Shown in pieces: positions 62,317 to 64,000 of a DNA stretch of 64,000 nucleotides. Each line of letters starts with the position of its first letter. Positions within the stretch are counted from its first letter, which is position 1. Source of the stretch: a virus. Its lineage: Duplodnaviria > Heunggongvirae > Uroviricota > Caudoviricetes. The DNA lies in the IMG/VR virus record IMGVR_UViG_3300037423_000296, positions 11,541 through 75,540 of that record; one strand, given 5' to 3'. The translations under genes were made by a program, and so were the position numbers. The notes beneath the pieces are model-generated. The model was not told the origin of the DNA and did not search any database. It saw only the letters and a program-made list of their open reading frames with translations.

Positions 62317-62673
62317 ATGAGCAAGCGGCAGATGGAAGTTCTCGTTGATGACATCGACGGAACCCCAATCATGGACGAGAGCCAGGGCCGGTCCATCCCG
62401 GTCAAAATCGGAGACGTGGAGACCACGCTCGACCTCACCAACGAGAACATCGCACGACTGGAGCAAACGTTCCGCGAATTCATCTCGGCAGGAGAGGGCA
62501 ATGTCGCCACTCGAAACACCGCCGCACCTCGTCGCACCGCACAGTCCACGGAAGACCTCTCAGTCATCCGCGAGTGGGCACGGAAGAATGGGTACGACAT
62601 CAACGCCAGAGGGCGTATCCCATTCTCTGTCATGGATGCCTTCACCAAGGCTCACATGGGCAAGCTCCGCTGA
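62317..62673 (+). CDS. lsr2: Lsr2 nucleoid-associated protein
   Basis: N-terminal VLVDDIDG dimerisation-domain pattern, C-terminal REWARKNGYDINARGRIP motif; AGGAGA RBS; track ORF had upstream extension. Confidence 0.85.
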   Translation: MSKRQMEVLVDDIDGTPIMDESQGRSIPVKIGDVETTLDLTNENIARLEQTFREFISAGEGNVATRNTAAPRRTAQSTEDLSVIREWARKNGYDINARGRIPFSVMDAFTKAHMGKLR

Positions 62674-62684
62674 ATTCCCAGAGT

Positions 62685-62716
62685 AAACCCCCGACCGTTT
62701 GGTCGGGGGTTTCTCG
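62685..62716 (+). terminator. intrinsic terminator aaacccccgacc-gttt-ggtcgggggttt followed by T-rich tract
   Basis: perfect 12-bp stem immediately after lsr2 stop. Confidence 0.8.
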
Positions 62717-62767
62717 TTGCCCTACCCGGCGTGTGCGACCCACCGCAAGTGCAACGGCGTAATCGTA

Positions 62768-62950
62768 TCATTCCAAAATGTTACTGTCAAGCTCTGAATC
62801 AGACTGTAGCATGTCACGTTTATGGTTGTCAAGGTCACGCAGAGCTATTGGTACGTTCTCAAAGCTGAGAGATACAACTCCATGGTCGAAGCAGTACCAG
62901 TACCAATTGTACATATCGTCATGAAACAATCGCGCCCTGCAAGTAAGCAT
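62768..62950 (-). CDS. hypothetical protein
   Basis: ORF track. Confidence 0.4.
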   Translation of the reverse strand: MLTCRARLFHDDMYNWYWYCFDHGVVSLSFENVPIALRDLDNHKRDMLQSDSELDSNILE

Positions 62951-62979
62951 ACACTTATTATTCCCAAGAATTACAAGGG

Positions 62980-63255
62980 TTAAACTAGAGCAATTCCGTA
63001 CTCGTGTTCGATGACTCCAGTATAGTTCCTGCGTTCTTCATGCCAGAAGTCGATATTGTATTCTCCAGCGGGAAGCACTGTCAACTCATCCGGCAACCCG
63101 GCTTCATCGATAAACCAGCCGACTGGACAAATCCACTCCAGATAACCCCGGCTAGCTTGAGTAGGGCATTCGGTAAGATGCTCAATTTCACACTCCCGAC
63201 CATGTTCGTCATCAACGATTGTCAGAATGTGGTGCATCATGATACCACCGGGCAT
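62980..63255 (-). CDS. hypothetical protein
   Basis: ORF track. Confidence 0.45.
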   Translation of the reverse strand: MPGGIMMHHILTIVDDEHGRECEIEHLTECPTQASRGYLEWICPVGWFIDEAGLPDELTVLPAGEYNIDFWHEERRNYTGVIEHEYGIALV

Positions 63256-63438
63256 TGTCCGGTATGGCCTCCGACCTCTCCGCAGTATTTGCAGCGTTCC
63301 GGTGTACCCTTGCCCCCAGCAAGGGTCTTATCCGTCACCAATCCCAGTACTTGCGCATCGCGGCCACCAGCTTTCATCTTCATTATATTCCCCATCCTTT
63401 CGTTAAAAAGGCGGGGTGACCAAAGCCACCCCGCTCAA

Positions 63439-64000
63439 TTACAGACGACCGGCTGAGAAGTCTGCGAAAACCTTTGGCGCGTTGCTGTCAAAGCCAACGA
63501 AATCCATCTGGTTCGCGTCCTTAGGGTCGGCCACAGTGTACTCGGTAGCAGCTACACCGAAGCTTGCCAGCTTCGCATTAATTCCCATCTTCTGGCGGTA
63601 GTCGGCCAAGGCCTGGGTAGGCTTACGACCGGTGTTAGCCTCGTTGTCGGTAATCATTGCGAACGTGTCAACCTCAATACGGTTCTTGATAGCGTAGTCG
63701 ATTGCAGCGGAAATGTTCGTTGCTCCGAAGGAACGCTGAACCCTTTGCATTGCACCTTCCAAGTTAGTCTTGGCCGTAATTCCAAGGTCAACGATGCTGG
63801 TTCCGAACCCTACAATCTCGCTGTACTTTTCAGTACGAGCAAGGTTCATTCCCATAGCCGCTGCAACCTGCGCGGCAGAAAGGTCTAGACCGTTAGCAGC
63901 GAATCCGGCCATGGAGCCAGAAACGTCAACTGCGAGCATAGTCCTCTTGCCGGAAGGCTCGACGTGCTTGAAAGCCTCGTAGAAGCCCTCGTTGAGAGCG
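63439..64000 (-). CDS. von Willebrand factor A (VWA) domain protein, 5' end beyond window
   Basis: MIDAS motif DVSGSM; reading frame stays open to the window edge. Confidence 0.7.
   Translation of the reverse strand, partial: ALNEGFYEAFKHVEPSGKRTMLAVDVSGSMAGFAANGLDLSAAQVAAAMGMNLARTEKYSEIVGFGTSIVDLGITAKTNLEGAMQRVQRSFGATNISAAIDYAIKNRIEVDTFAMITDNEANTGRKPTQALADYRQKMGINAKLASFGVAATEYTVADPKDANQMDFVGFDSNAPKVFADFSAGRL

Noticed and set aside
1-64000. CRISPR array, integrase/attachment site, transposase
   Set aside because: No regularly spaced direct repeats with unique spacers were seen. No recombinase or transposase motifs were recognised in any ORF.

Overview
This window looks like a non-structural (early/accessory) region of a large actinobacteriophage genome, roughly 48-50% GC overall by rough manual counts. 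GC and codon usage were read by eye, not computed; GC values come from a few 60-nt manual samples.

Why an actinobacterial host: the window encodes a canonical Lsr2 nucleoid-associated protein (62317..62673), a WhiB-like Fe-S transcription factor (42210..42548), an SsgB-like (SALP) protein (34173..34571), and a second protein carrying an Lsr2-type DNA-binding motif.

Coordinates 1-6045 hold a plus-strand module of many small genes that includes:
- a ThyX-like flavin-dependent thymidylate synthase whose RHR dUMP-binding motif is replaced by KYI
- RNase H
- a HIT hydrolase

A strong bidirectional terminator lies at 6127-6192. From there to the end, almost everything is on the minus strand, and many genes are individually preceded by a recurring TTGACA-N17/18-TAG(A/T/G)(C/G)T promoter.

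Coordinates 6200-12780 form a distinctly GC-richer block (57-63% in spot samples) of hypothetical genes. Three of them share a roughly 85-bp upstream element with a covarying hairpin.

Coordinates 13100-14000 are a repeat-dense non-coding hub, a candidate origin or regulatory region. A five-copy GACCGAAAATC iteron array lies at 14892-14966.

Recognisable proteins:
- SprT-like metalloprotease
- CCA-adding tRNA nucleotidyltransferase
- two calcineurin-like phosphoesterases
- thioredoxin
- SPFH/band-7 membrane protein
- KTSC-domain protein
- thermonuclease
- GNAT acetyltransferase
- DEDDh 3'-5' exonuclease
- rIIA-like (GHKL ATPase) and rIIB-like pair
- secreted GH12-type glycoside hydrolase
- VWA-domain protein, truncated at the window end

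Coordinates 40200-62170 carry at least 32 minus-strand tRNA genes in several clusters, plus degenerate tRNA-like fragments. There is also a 1.5-kb ORF-poor stretch (17690-19180) with tRNA-like substructure that may encode a structured RNA.

Several tandem paralog families were found (three, two and four members). No CRISPR, integrase or structural/virion genes could be supported; the 332-aa highly expressed ORF (29077..30075) is of unknown function.
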